From a virus (taxonomy: Duplodnaviria; Caudoviricetes): a stretch of DNA of 64,000 nucleotides. The translations under genes were made by a program, and so were the position numbers. The notes under the pieces were generated by a model. The model was not told the origin of the DNA. It searched no databases and saw only the letters and a list, made by a program, of their open reading frames with translations. The DNA lies in the IMG/VR virus record IMGVR_UViG_3300010346_000241, positions 128,001-192,000 of that record; one strand, written 5' to 3'. Position 1 is the first letter of the stretch. Each line of letters starts with the position of its first letter. Of the stretch, positions 28,860 to 37,665 are shown one piece after another.

Positions 28860-29499
28860 AATGACGTCCTTTCATCTTCTTAGAGTAAACGATATAGTTG
28901 TCCAGAGCCGCACACTGATTGTATGCAGTTTCTCTATCTATTCCTTCTATCTGCATCATAAGATTGATGTAGCATACAGTATCTGTCATGAACTGATCTG
29001 AAGTAAGTCTAGTTCCATTATAGTCATCAAAGCACAGCTCAGCAGATTTGAGTTGGTTCTGACGACCATATATGTAGAATGACTTCACACTCAGATTTCT
29101 CTCTGCAGAAATCTTTGTGATGTATACAGTGAAGACTATCTCCATCATCTTGAGATTGAAGATAGGATCAAAGTTGACTATGTTTATGTCTCTGTTGTTG
29201 CCGATAACGGCAGGATATCTCATGAACTTGTTTCCGTTGTAAGGTAATGGTCTCATAGTATCATTATCTATGATGATGCCGTTACTTGTACCGATACCTG
29301 CATAGTACATGATATCCATAAATATGACTGATGGATCATATGTGAGAACTGTTCTGATAGCCTCACGATCTTTAGGCCTTACTGACTGTAACAGACCCTC
29401 TATACCAGTATAGGTGTCAAGATCAGGTATGCCTTTCTTATATTGACTTGCTGTAAGCTTCTTAAACGGAGAATAGTCAAGTGTATAAAGCATAGCCAT
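28852..29499 (-). CDS. hypothetical protein
   Basis: 215-aa ORF with AAGGAGG RBS, overlapping the helicase start. Confidence 0.7.
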   Translation of the reverse strand: MAMLYTLDYSPFKKLTASQYKKGIPDLDTYTGIEGLLQSVRPKDREAIRTVLTYDPSVIFMDIMYYAGIGTSNGIIIDNDTMRPLPYNGNKFMRYPAVIGNNRDINIVNFDPIFNLKMMEIVFTVYITKISAERNLSVKSFYIYGRQNQLKSAELCFDDYNGTRLTSDQFMTDTVCYINLMMQIEGIDRETAYNQCAALDNYIVYSKKMKGRHYE

Positions 29500-29558
29500 A
29501 TAGGTTCCTCCTTATTGTACTCCAGAACCATCTAATAAGTTATTCTGGAGGTGATTGA

Positions 29559-29906
29559 ATGGAATACTCGAAGTACAACTACGTACAGGAAGCTATCTTG
29601 TACGAAGAAGTAAACAAGTATGAAAATCCTACGGTCAAACATCCATTCTATATCAAGGCATTAGTACCTTTTGAAACAGAAGTTGGTAGGACTGTAGTGG
29701 TTAATAGATCTTACATCATGAACAAAGACCTTACTTGGTTGTCCACTAATAAGATGACTAGTGAAATCACGCTAGATCTTAAGATACCTAGAGAGATCAT
29801 GCTTGCCTATGAGGATAAGTTCATCCCTAAAGGTACTAAGTTCTTAGTCGCGTTCGTAGGCGGTAATATAAACAATGTACAGATCATCGGGAGGTGTTAC
29901 GAATGA
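29559..29906 (+). CDS. putative baseplate/tail-associated protein
   Basis: Late promoter at 29526-29537; coupled to the gp53-like gene. Confidence 0.5.
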   Translation: MEYSKYNYVQEAILYEEVNKYENPTVKHPFYIKALVPFETEVGRTVVVNRSYIMNKDLTWLSTNKMTSEITLDLKIPREIMLAYEDKFIPKGTKFLVAFVGGNINNVQIIGRCYE

Positions 29907-30367
29907 AGTATAATAACTCATCTACCTACGTCAACTCTGCACAACAGGTTCCTTCAAGGACCTGTACTTTGGATGACTTTGTTAATGCTAAGCCATCTGG
30001 TCAGTTGTCATACTACTATCTTTCTCTGTTAGAGCCTGATACAGCGCATCACATCGAGTACGATGTATACAATGTCCTGTCAGACTACATACAGGATCTG
30101 AAAGATATGTCTACTAAGGTCAAGTTATCTGAGCAAGAGTATCTCAGATATCGTTTTAGACCTAAGCTCTTAGCCGACTTCCTCTATGGAAACGGAGAGC
30201 TCTATTACATTATACTGTGGCTCAATGACATTTGGTCTGTTAAAGACTTCAACTTCAGAGAAGTTCGTCTTATCTCAAAGTCTCAAATGTCTCAAGCACT
30301 CAGTAGTATCAATGGCTCCGAGAAGTCATTTATTGACTCCTACAACCAGTCCGCCTCTGCTACGTGA
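29903..30367 (+). CDS. baseplate wedge protein (T4 gp53/LysM-like)
   Basis: YRFRPKLLADFLYGNGELYYIILWLN matches the RPD.LA..LYG...YW.I...N pattern. Confidence 0.7.
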   Translation: MKYNNSSTYVNSAQQVPSRTCTLDDFVNAKPSGQLSYYYLSLLEPDTAHHIEYDVYNVLSDYIQDLKDMSTKVKLSEQEYLRYRFRPKLLADFLYGNGELYYIILWLNDIWSVKDFNFREVRLISKSQMSQALSSINGSEKSFIDSYNQSASAT

Positions 30368-32446
30368 GGCTTCATACTCTTGTGGAGTCATAACTTCGAA
30401 CAGGTTTCTCTGTTCTATTATTCTGAAGAGAGGTGTATATAGTTCACCCTTCTTGCACTTCATATCTTCGTACTGAGAGCCTTCTATCTTGCTAAGACGG
30501 TTGATCTCTCTAGTACTAGCTATGTATGGATACATATCTATTCCATAGTTTGTCTTAAACTCCTTATTGAAGTCATCGACAAACCTCTGTTTGATAGAAC
30601 CCAAAGGATCAAGCATTAACGTATACAAGAATGAATATCGATCAGGTGTAAGAGTGCACTTAGTTGCACTCTTGCTCTTTGATGTCTTACCCTTCTTATA
30701 CTTATTCTTCTCATCTTCAGTCATCTTATCGAGATTTGGCATGACAGTACCACCTATAACAGTAGTCTTGCTCTTATCCTCGATACCTGCTTCTTTGAGA
30801 AGGTTCTTCTTGGTTGTCTCAGTAACTGCTGAGTTGAACCTATTAGAATTGTCTGGTATCATAGCTTCATCATCCACCATAATACCTTCATCATCACGCA
30901 TCTGCATCTCTACGAGTGTCTTCTTATGAACAGGCTCAGGTAAGCCTACATCTTCCATAAGACGCATAGAGAAATTGTTTGTGTAAGGATGATGAATGCA
31001 TCTCTTCTTAGTATTGATAAGAGGAGACTCTAAGTCTGCCTGGTATCTATTCTTAGCAAGTTTGATACCAAGGTACTTACGATGATTAACATCGAACTCT
31101 GGCACTATCATGAATGCCGCGTCGAGGTTATCAAGTATCTTCATAGACTCAGCTATGTTGTCTCTTCCGAGAAGATCTACAAGATCATCTGTTCCACTTT
31201 CTCTAGCTTCATCTATGTTTTTGTTTGCGCTTCTGTTGAACTGAGCTGCTGTAAGAACTGGAATGTGAAGCTCAGTTGCTATAGTCTTGAGCTCATTTGT
31301 TACAGCGCCAAGTCTAAGTCTCTCTTCAGATGCAGTAAATCTGTTAACTGAACGAATTCTGTTAAGATAGTCCAGAATGACACAGATAACTTCATATCCT
31401 GCTTCTTCAAGATCGTCTACTAAGTCGTAGATATATGAAGTATCCACAGACTCATTAGGCTTATATTTGACTACGATGTCTATCGGGTTGTCTGGTGTTA
31501 CTGCAAGACCGCCCTGTCTCATAAGCTGAATAGACTCGTTTACATCGTGATCTATAAGACTACCCTGTTCTGTTACCATCGAGAACTGACGTGACAGAGT
31601 TTCCTTAGGATGGTCTTCCATAGTCAGATATACTACACAAGGTGTCTTCGTAGGATCTTTACACTTGTAAGATCTATTGTACATCTTGATCTGATATGCT
31701 AAATTAACTAGGGTTGATGACTTACCTTCACCTTGGAGACCAAAGATACAGTAAGTTCTATCGGACTGGAAACCCCCTGCAAGAAGAATATTAAGTCCGA
31801 CCATTCCTGTAGCAAGTTTGTTGCCTGGGCTAGATAAGTCTGCATGGGTGTACATTACATAGTCTTCGAATATTCCCTCTTGCAGACAATACATTTGTTC
31901 ATCCGTCTTCTCTATACGATGACGACGGATAGCATTCTTGCTGTCATTTACAAGTCCCTTCCATTCTTCTACTATAGCAGGTTTCTGGTTAGGACTAGCT
32001 TCTTTAAACCTCTGAGCAACTGTCTCAAAGGACATGATATTACGTGCGAAGACTACATTGTCAAGCATGTTCGAAACGGTGTTGTTGATGTAGTCTATCT
32101 CTTTATTATTGAGCTCTCTGAGATTGATATCTTTATAGAGATCACCAAGGTTGTTCTCTATAAAGTCCATTACGAGAGCCTGATCATTCAATCCATTTTC
32201 GACTCTAGCAGTAAGTGCTGTCTTGATGAAGTCGAAACGTCTTAAGTAAGCATCGTCTGTATAGATGCTAAGGTCTAATGTGTTCATCGCCATGAGGATA
32301 TTTGTGTAGCCTTTGCGACGAATGTTCTTGTTGTCTGTTACCATGTAGGAACAGATTGTGTCTAAAAGAGTTATTGAAAGTCTCTGAGGTATCTGCACCT
32401 CAGAGACCACTGGTTTTACTTCTTTGCCTGCGGTTCTAACTCGCAT
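30326..32446 (-). CDS. dnaB: DnaB-like replicative helicase
   Basis: GLQGEGKSS, YLTME, VILDYL, AAQFNR and AKNRY motifs. Confidence 0.9.
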   Translation of the reverse strand: MRVRTAGKEVKPVVSEVQIPQRLSITLLDTICSYMVTDNKNIRRKGYTNILMAMNTLDLSIYTDDAYLRRFDFIKTALTARVENGLNDQALVMDFIENNLGDLYKDINLRELNNKEIDYINNTVSNMLDNVVFARNIMSFETVAQRFKEASPNQKPAIVEEWKGLVNDSKNAIRRHRIEKTDEQMYCLQEGIFEDYVMYTHADLSSPGNKLATGMVGLNILLAGGFQSDRTYCIFGLQGEGKSSTLVNLAYQIKMYNRSYKCKDPTKTPCVVYLTMEDHPKETLSRQFSMVTEQGSLIDHDVNESIQLMRQGGLAVTPDNPIDIVVKYKPNESVDTSYIYDLVDDLEEAGYEVICVILDYLNRIRSVNRFTASEERLRLGAVTNELKTIATELHIPVLTAAQFNRSANKNIDEARESGTDDLVDLLGRDNIAESMKILDNLDAAFMIVPEFDVNHRKYLGIKLAKNRYQADLESPLINTKKRCIHHPYTNNFSMRLMEDVGLPEPVHKKTLVEMQMRDDEGIMVDDEAMIPDNSNRFNSAVTETTKKNLLKEAGIEDKSKTTVIGGTVMPNLDKMTEDEKNKYKKGKTSKSKSATKCTLTPDRYSFLYTLMLDPLGSIKQRFVDDFNKEFKTNYGIDMYPYIASTREINRLSKIEGSQYEDMKCKKGELYTPLFRIIEQRNLFEVMTPQEYEASRSRGGLVVGVNK

Positions 32447-32552
32447 AGTGTAATGCCTCCTCTATCATAGGATTCATATGATTACTTGTATGTTTCTGAT
32501 ATGATAGTTTTGTACTTAAGGATAGTATATACTTGAGAAGCGTTATACTATA

Positions 32553-33686
32553 TCAATCGACGGTGAGTAACTTGATGAGTTCGTCTACAGTGATGAATGT
32601 ACAACCCTTCTCATCGTTGATGTATCTGACTATGATATCATTAGGAGTAAGATTACTATCAGTGATGTATGAATACTTAGCGTACTCTTCACTAACTTTC
32701 TGGTTTTCTTTTATAGTCTCTTGGAACTGTACGTCCGAAGCATCTATAGTGATTTCGTTGTTCATCTTATAGTATACTTTCAGAGCATCTACTGCTGAAC
32801 CGCCCTTGGTGAACTTAACCTTTATGAAGTCTATTCCACTTGCCTTCAAGTCAGTGAGATACTTGATTACATCCTTAGGATCATAGTTAACCATCTCATC
32901 TAGGTTGATAGTATTGTACTTGAATGACACTACTTCTTCCATCTGTACAGTGTAGTATGTAGAGTCAAGGTCGTGTACCACTATTAAGAATCCCTTAGTT
33001 TCTTCTTCTCCGAATTGCCATCTAAGAGGACTTCCTGAATAGTACATATGGCCTTGATAGCATCCAGAAATATGTACATGACCTGCAATGATAGGACCCT
33101 TGCAGAACTGGAATGAATTGATATCGAATGTCGGGTTCTTTACAGTATCAAGGTCTTCCTTATCACATCCGAAGATAGCTCCCTTGAGGTTACCGTGCAT
33201 ACATACGCTATCATATGAACCACTCCACTCTAAGAGGTTTAGATAGTAGTCTCTACCCTTATTGTACTCCTCTGGGAGACAGAGTATCTTCTTACCGTGT
33301 GTAGTAACAAATGTAGCAGTTTCTATGATGTACATTTCGAGTGTAGTATCTGCTAAGTAATGATAGAAGAGCTTCAATTGGTTAGCGTCATGTGATGCTG
33401 TACCGTGAAGTATTATAAGAGCAGCTCTGTTTCTCTTACAAAGCTGTATGATATTATCTACGAACATGGATGCATAGAGTACAGCATCCGAGTTGCTCAT
33501 AAACTTATGATGAAACAAGTCTCCATTGATGCAGAACAGGTCAAACTGTACGTTCTGAACCTTATCAAGTATTCCTTTAGTTAAGAGATCATATTGAATC
33601 TTTGGATCCATAGCTCCAAAGTGAATATCTGCAGTGTGTATCTCTACCAGAGTAGGTCTAGTAGCGTTTGGATTAGTGTAAAACAT
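32553..33686 (-). CDS. sbcD: SbcD/Mre11-like nuclease
   Basis: ADIHFG, NGDLFH, GTASHD, MHG, GHVH, YSGS and E..KGF motifs. Confidence 0.85.
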   Translation of the reverse strand: MFYTNPNATRPTLVEIHTADIHFGAMDPKIQYDLLTKGILDKVQNVQFDLFCINGDLFHHKFMSNSDAVLYASMFVDNIIQLCKRNRAALIILHGTASHDANQLKLFYHYLADTTLEMYIIETATFVTTHGKKILCLPEEYNKGRDYYLNLLEWSGSYDSVCMHGNLKGAIFGCDKEDLDTVKNPTFDINSFQFCKGPIIAGHVHISGCYQGHMYYSGSPLRWQFGEEETKGFLIVVHDLDSTYYTVQMEEVVSFKYNTINLDEMVNYDPKDVIKYLTDLKASGIDFIKVKFTKGGSAVDALKVYYKMNNEITIDASDVQFQETIKENQKVSEEYAKYSYITDSNLTPNDIIVRYINDEKGCTFITVDELIKLLTVD

Positions 33687-33809
33687 GTAACTCCTCCTTT
33701 TCTGATTACTTAGAAGTTCTGGGTATAGTAAGTATCTATAGAGTTATATACTATTATAGTAAGCATAGAGACGTCTATGCTAATATTATATGAAAGGAGA
33801 TTGTATGAG

Positions 33810-35192
33810 ATGCAATCTAGAAAGAAGAAAAGACAGAAGAAGAGCAACACTTCCTACATAGGAAGTAAAAAGATCCAGGAAGTTTCACCTCTTCCTCTGG
33901 TATCAACGACGACAGAAGAACCAACAGAGAAGATTGCGACAGACAATAAAGAAGCTCCTGTAGAGGCTAAGAAGATTATTGAAGCTACTGAGTCAAAGCT
34001 CCCAATTACAGAAACAGTAGTTATAGAGCCTCCAGCAAAGACAGAAGCTATCACACTTTTGGATACTGTCGAAACTCCTAAGTCTGTTAAGATCCCTACA
34101 TGTGATCCTGCTAAGAAGAACAGACCCAACCTTGTACTTAACAAGAATATGGTAAGGCAGTATAACAGACCACTTATACAGCCTGGTGATGTAGTTATCA
34201 CTAATGGTGTATTTGATGAGAAAGATGAAATCGAAAACGAGCTTATAGTAGGAGCTCATCGTCCCATTCTCGTACTCTGGTGCGATAGCCATTTGGCTAG
34301 GGGACTTCCTCTGTGCTCTAAGCCTGGTATGGTCGGATCAATCACAGGACATCGTCGTAGCGCGATTCCCAGCACACCAGATATACTATCTAAGAACGTT
34401 AATGCTGTATCATATCTTGATCATGGTCAGATAATAACGTTCCCAATATCCTCGGTAGAATCTGTTCCTATAACGATGAATCAGACGGCAGTAGAACAGG
34501 TTTTACTTGAGGATTTCAAAATGACATACGTAGAGAAAGGATACAACATCAATCGTGTCCTTAACTATCTCTTCGAACAGAACCCAAAAGCTTTCAAGCT
34601 CTATCAGGATAATACAGAGCTTTATAAGCTTCAAGACAAGTACATGGAGCTTGAAAATGAAAGGAACGAGTTCCGTAGAGAAAGGAATGAACTCATTGAA
34701 GAGAACCAGAAGCTCTCAGAACAGGCTTGTGGAGAAGCAATGGCTCGTGAACAGCTTGAGCAAGTTCTCGAGAAGCAGAAGAATATTCCTAAAGACTACG
34801 ACAAGAAAGTCAAGGAACTTGAGAATACTATTGCTAAACTTGAGAGCATTGTTAAGACACAGAATGAAGCTCTTGAAAAGGGTAGGCAGGTAGTCGAAAA
34901 CTTCAAATCGGCTGAAGCTAGGCATATAGCCACAATCGATGCTTTGAAGAAGGAGATAACCAATCTCAAGAATAGTAGCGAGAAAGTGATATACAACTGT
35001 AATATTGCTGCTGCAGCATATAACGCATATCAGGACGCTGATAGAAACGGCTCAGACAGATATCAGGCAATGTGCTGCGCTATAGGAATTGACTATGATC
35101 CTAACAAGACAAGATCTTATGGTCAGATCAAGCGACAGCTCAAAAAGCTTCTCGTAGACAACGAGATGATATCACCTGCAGAGTGGACGTAA
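33810..35192 (+). CDS. PemK/MazF-like domain plus coiled-coil protein
   Basis: PGDVV...HRPILVL...LPLCSK...SYLDHGQIIT followed by a heptad-rich region; early promoter at 33744-33754. Confidence 0.55.
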   Translation: MQSRKKKRQKKSNTSYIGSKKIQEVSPLPLVSTTTEEPTEKIATDNKEAPVEAKKIIEATESKLPITETVVIEPPAKTEAITLLDTVETPKSVKIPTCDPAKKNRPNLVLNKNMVRQYNRPLIQPGDVVITNGVFDEKDEIENELIVGAHRPILVLWCDSHLARGLPLCSKPGMVGSITGHRRSAIPSTPDILSKNVNAVSYLDHGQIITFPISSVESVPITMNQTAVEQVLLEDFKMTYVEKGYNINRVLNYLFEQNPKAFKLYQDNTELYKLQDKYMELENERNEFRRERNELIEENQKLSEQACGEAMAREQLEQVLEKQKNIPKDYDKKVKELENTIAKLESIVKTQNEALEKGRQVVENFKSAEARHIATIDALKKEITNLKNSSEKVIYNCNIAAAAYNAYQDADRNGSDRYQAMCCAIGIDYDPNKTRSYGQIKRQLKKLLVDNEMISPAEWT

Positions 35193-35196
35193 GAAT

Positions 35197-35221
35197 GTGG
35201 GGAGTCAATTGACTCCCCACT
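35197..35221. terminator. bidirectional terminator
   Basis: gtggggagtcaattgactccccac palindrome between convergent genes. Confidence 0.7.
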
Positions 35222-35222
35222 C

Positions 35223-35939
35223 TTATTTTTTGTTTAGCTCATAGAATACATCTTTGAACTGATCCTTCAGAGGCTCTGCACTATGATATGTATAGAGAGC
35301 TCCTACGAATGCGTTCATACAATTCTCTATAAAGTTGTAATGCTCTGGGATGTTGAAGTCCAGAGGGAACTCGGTGAACCCTGCATTAGGACCTTTACCC
35401 AGTTGAAGAATGATTACTCCATCAATGCTGATACCCTTGAGTCTGTATATCAGATATCTGTAAGCAGCCAGCTGCATGAAGTATTTGTAGTTAACGTGAT
35501 TACTTGTCTTGAAGTCGATCATATATATCTTTCCATCTATAGAGACAAGCAGATCATATGTGCCAGCAAAGAGCTCAGTTACTAGAGCTTCTTCCTGTCC
35601 TAATACTACCACTTTATGACAGCTATTGAGTCCTTTCCACCACTTGAGGAAAGCTTTGAATGAGGAGTTATCAAGGAATCCTGTATCGTAACCTTCTTTG
35701 AGGTAGTTCTCTATAGCTGAGTGAGTAGCGGTTCCATATCTAGCAGCCTTCGCTGCTACATCTTTATTATTCTGACCTCTTCGGCCAATGGCATTCGCCC
35801 AATCAATCAGACCCTGGTTATCTATATAACCAAGGATCTCTGTTACCGATGGAATACCTCTTCCACCTTTCTCGTAACGAGACCGCTTCTTATGAAACGG
35901 GGTGAGAGAGTCCATCATCATATCTCTTAATTTTTCCAT
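35223..35939 (-). CDS. PD-(D/E)XK (Cas4/RecB-like) exonuclease
   Basis: PSVTEIL, GTATH..IE, AGTYDL, IDFKTS and QLAAY motifs. Confidence 0.85.
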   Translation of the reverse strand: MEKLRDMMMDSLTPFHKKRSRYEKGGRGIPSVTEILGYIDNQGLIDWANAIGRRGQNNKDVAAKAARYGTATHSAIENYLKEGYDTGFLDNSSFKAFLKWWKGLNSCHKVVVLGQEEALVTELFAGTYDLLVSIDGKIYMIDFKTSNHVNYKYFMQLAAYRYLIYRLKGISIDGVIILQLGKGPNAGFTEFPLDFNIPEHYNFIENCMNAFVGALYTYHSAEPLKDQFKDVFYELNKK

Positions 35940-36111
35940 TGTGCATTCACACTCACTTTCTTATCATGCCCATCCAGGCTTCATTACTAAGTAGTTATCG
36001 CAAACAAAGTGTAAGTTATATATTATAAGAGCGAGTATAGGGTTATGACAAATGGCCAATGGCATAACCTTACTATACTCTCGACATCCAATTACGGAAA
36101 GGAATGATCAA

Positions 36112-37665
36112 ATGGCTTCACTAAACAAATTGAAACGTGGCACAACGCCAACTCCGCCACCAGACGCATCGTCTATGCTAGAAGAGCATAAGAGAAGAAG
36201 AGCGGAGAGAAAGGAGAGATTATTAAACAACAGTCAGGCATATGTGAATAATGAAAAGTCTGGCTTTGCACCGCTTCCTACAGCACAGGAAGCAGTCGAC
36301 TTCTCATTCGATGGATTGAATGAGTTGGAAGAAGGAATGACTCAGGTATCTGGAGACAGCAATGAGTCAGCAAACTCTACTGCATGGCAGAAGATAGCAA
36401 GGCAGCAGAGTAATATGGCTAGTCAGACTCAGACGATGCCAGTTGTAAATAGAAACCCAATCATCAATGCTGCAGCTACAACTTATAACCCGCTAGGAGG
36501 CTCTTGTTATTCTCAGCCTCAGCAGGGGTATTATGGAGCAGCAATGTTTGGAATGGGAGGAGGCATTTATGGACCTCCATTGATGAGCCAAGAACAAGCT
36601 GAAGAAGTCAGAAAGGCTCAAGAAGCTCGTATAGAGACAGAAAAGAACTATTGGAGAGGTACACTCATGTGGGGTAGACCTGAGAATGTGTCTGTTGACG
36701 AATGGACTAAACAGGTAGACGAAATGATGAGACAGATGTATCCTTCTCCAGAAGATCTTCAGAAGAGAAGATATGAGCAAGATCATACTTTCATGGGCTA
36801 TACATACGATGAAAACTTCCAGAGAGTTGAAGAGTCTGGAGTTAGTGTGATAGCCGTTATGGAAGATGGTGAAGAAAGGCTCATGACTCAGCCGAATGAT
36901 CCTGAGACTGGTAAGCACAAGATAGTGTATAGTAAGTCTTATGACGTAGCAGAGTATCAGTCTAGACTTCACTTCTATGACAACTGCTATAGGTCGGCAT
37001 ATGACCAGCAGAGAGCCAAGTATATCTTTGATGTAGTTTGCGCTCCACCTGCAGAAGCATTGGCTTCAACTTATGAGAGTAAGCTGAAGTTAGGTGTTGA
37101 TGATCCGTATATGAAATGGGTCTATAACACCTATTATCTTAAGGACTATAAGCGCCACATGACTCGTTGGAAGGCTGGTTGCTATATGAGTCCTAAAGAA
37201 TACACTCAGTCGTTCTATATGAGTGGTATTGATCCGAACATTCGGTTCGATATGAACACGCTTCCGACTCATCTCGGAGATAGAAGAGACGTAAAGCTTG
37301 CCTATGACTATCAGCAGCATCCAGAGCTGTTCAATGGTCCTCAGGTAGAGCAGTATCTCACTAATAAGCTTAAAGTCAACTACGAGATGAGAAAGAGAGC
37401 ATTCTTGGAGAAGCTTAGAACTGGCGATATGAGGGTAGATTATAATCCGCCTGAAAGAGATACAGATCCATGCCCTCCAATTGTCGGTACAGCTCCTATC
37501 GCTCCTGACGCCAATGGAGTGATTAGAGATATGTATGGTAAGCCTCTATTTGATCCTACAAAGGATTTAGCGAGTCAGCTTACAACAGAACAGCAGGATG
37601 CATTGACTGAGTACAATATCAATGCTAGACTCGCTCAGTATAAAGCAATGGGGGAGGAAGTATAG
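36112..37665 (+). CDS. hypothetical early protein
   Basis: Long ORF; GAAAGGA RBS before MASL at 36112; early promoter at 36016-36026. Confidence 0.75.
   Translation: MASLNKLKRGTTPTPPPDASSMLEEHKRRRAERKERLLNNSQAYVNNEKSGFAPLPTAQEAVDFSFDGLNELEEGMTQVSGDSNESANSTAWQKIARQQSNMASQTQTMPVVNRNPIINAAATTYNPLGGSCYSQPQQGYYGAAMFGMGGGIYGPPLMSQEQAEEVRKAQEARIETEKNYWRGTLMWGRPENVSVDEWTKQVDEMMRQMYPSPEDLQKRRYEQDHTFMGYTYDENFQRVEESGVSVIAVMEDGEERLMTQPNDPETGKHKIVYSKSYDVAEYQSRLHFYDNCYRSAYDQQRAKYIFDVVCAPPAEALASTYESKLKLGVDDPYMKWVYNTYYLKDYKRHMTRWKAGCYMSPKEYTQSFYMSGIDPNIRFDMNTLPTHLGDRRDVKLAYDYQQHPELFNGPQVEQYLTNKLKVNYEMRKRAFLEKLRTGDMRVDYNPPERDTDPCPPIVGTAPIAPDANGVIRDMYGKPLFDPTKDLASQLTTEQQDALTEYNINARLAQYKAMGEEV

Noticed and set aside
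35223-35939. Cas4 as part of a CRISPR system
   Set aside because: No Fe-S cysteine cluster, cas genes or array; a typical solo phage nuclease.
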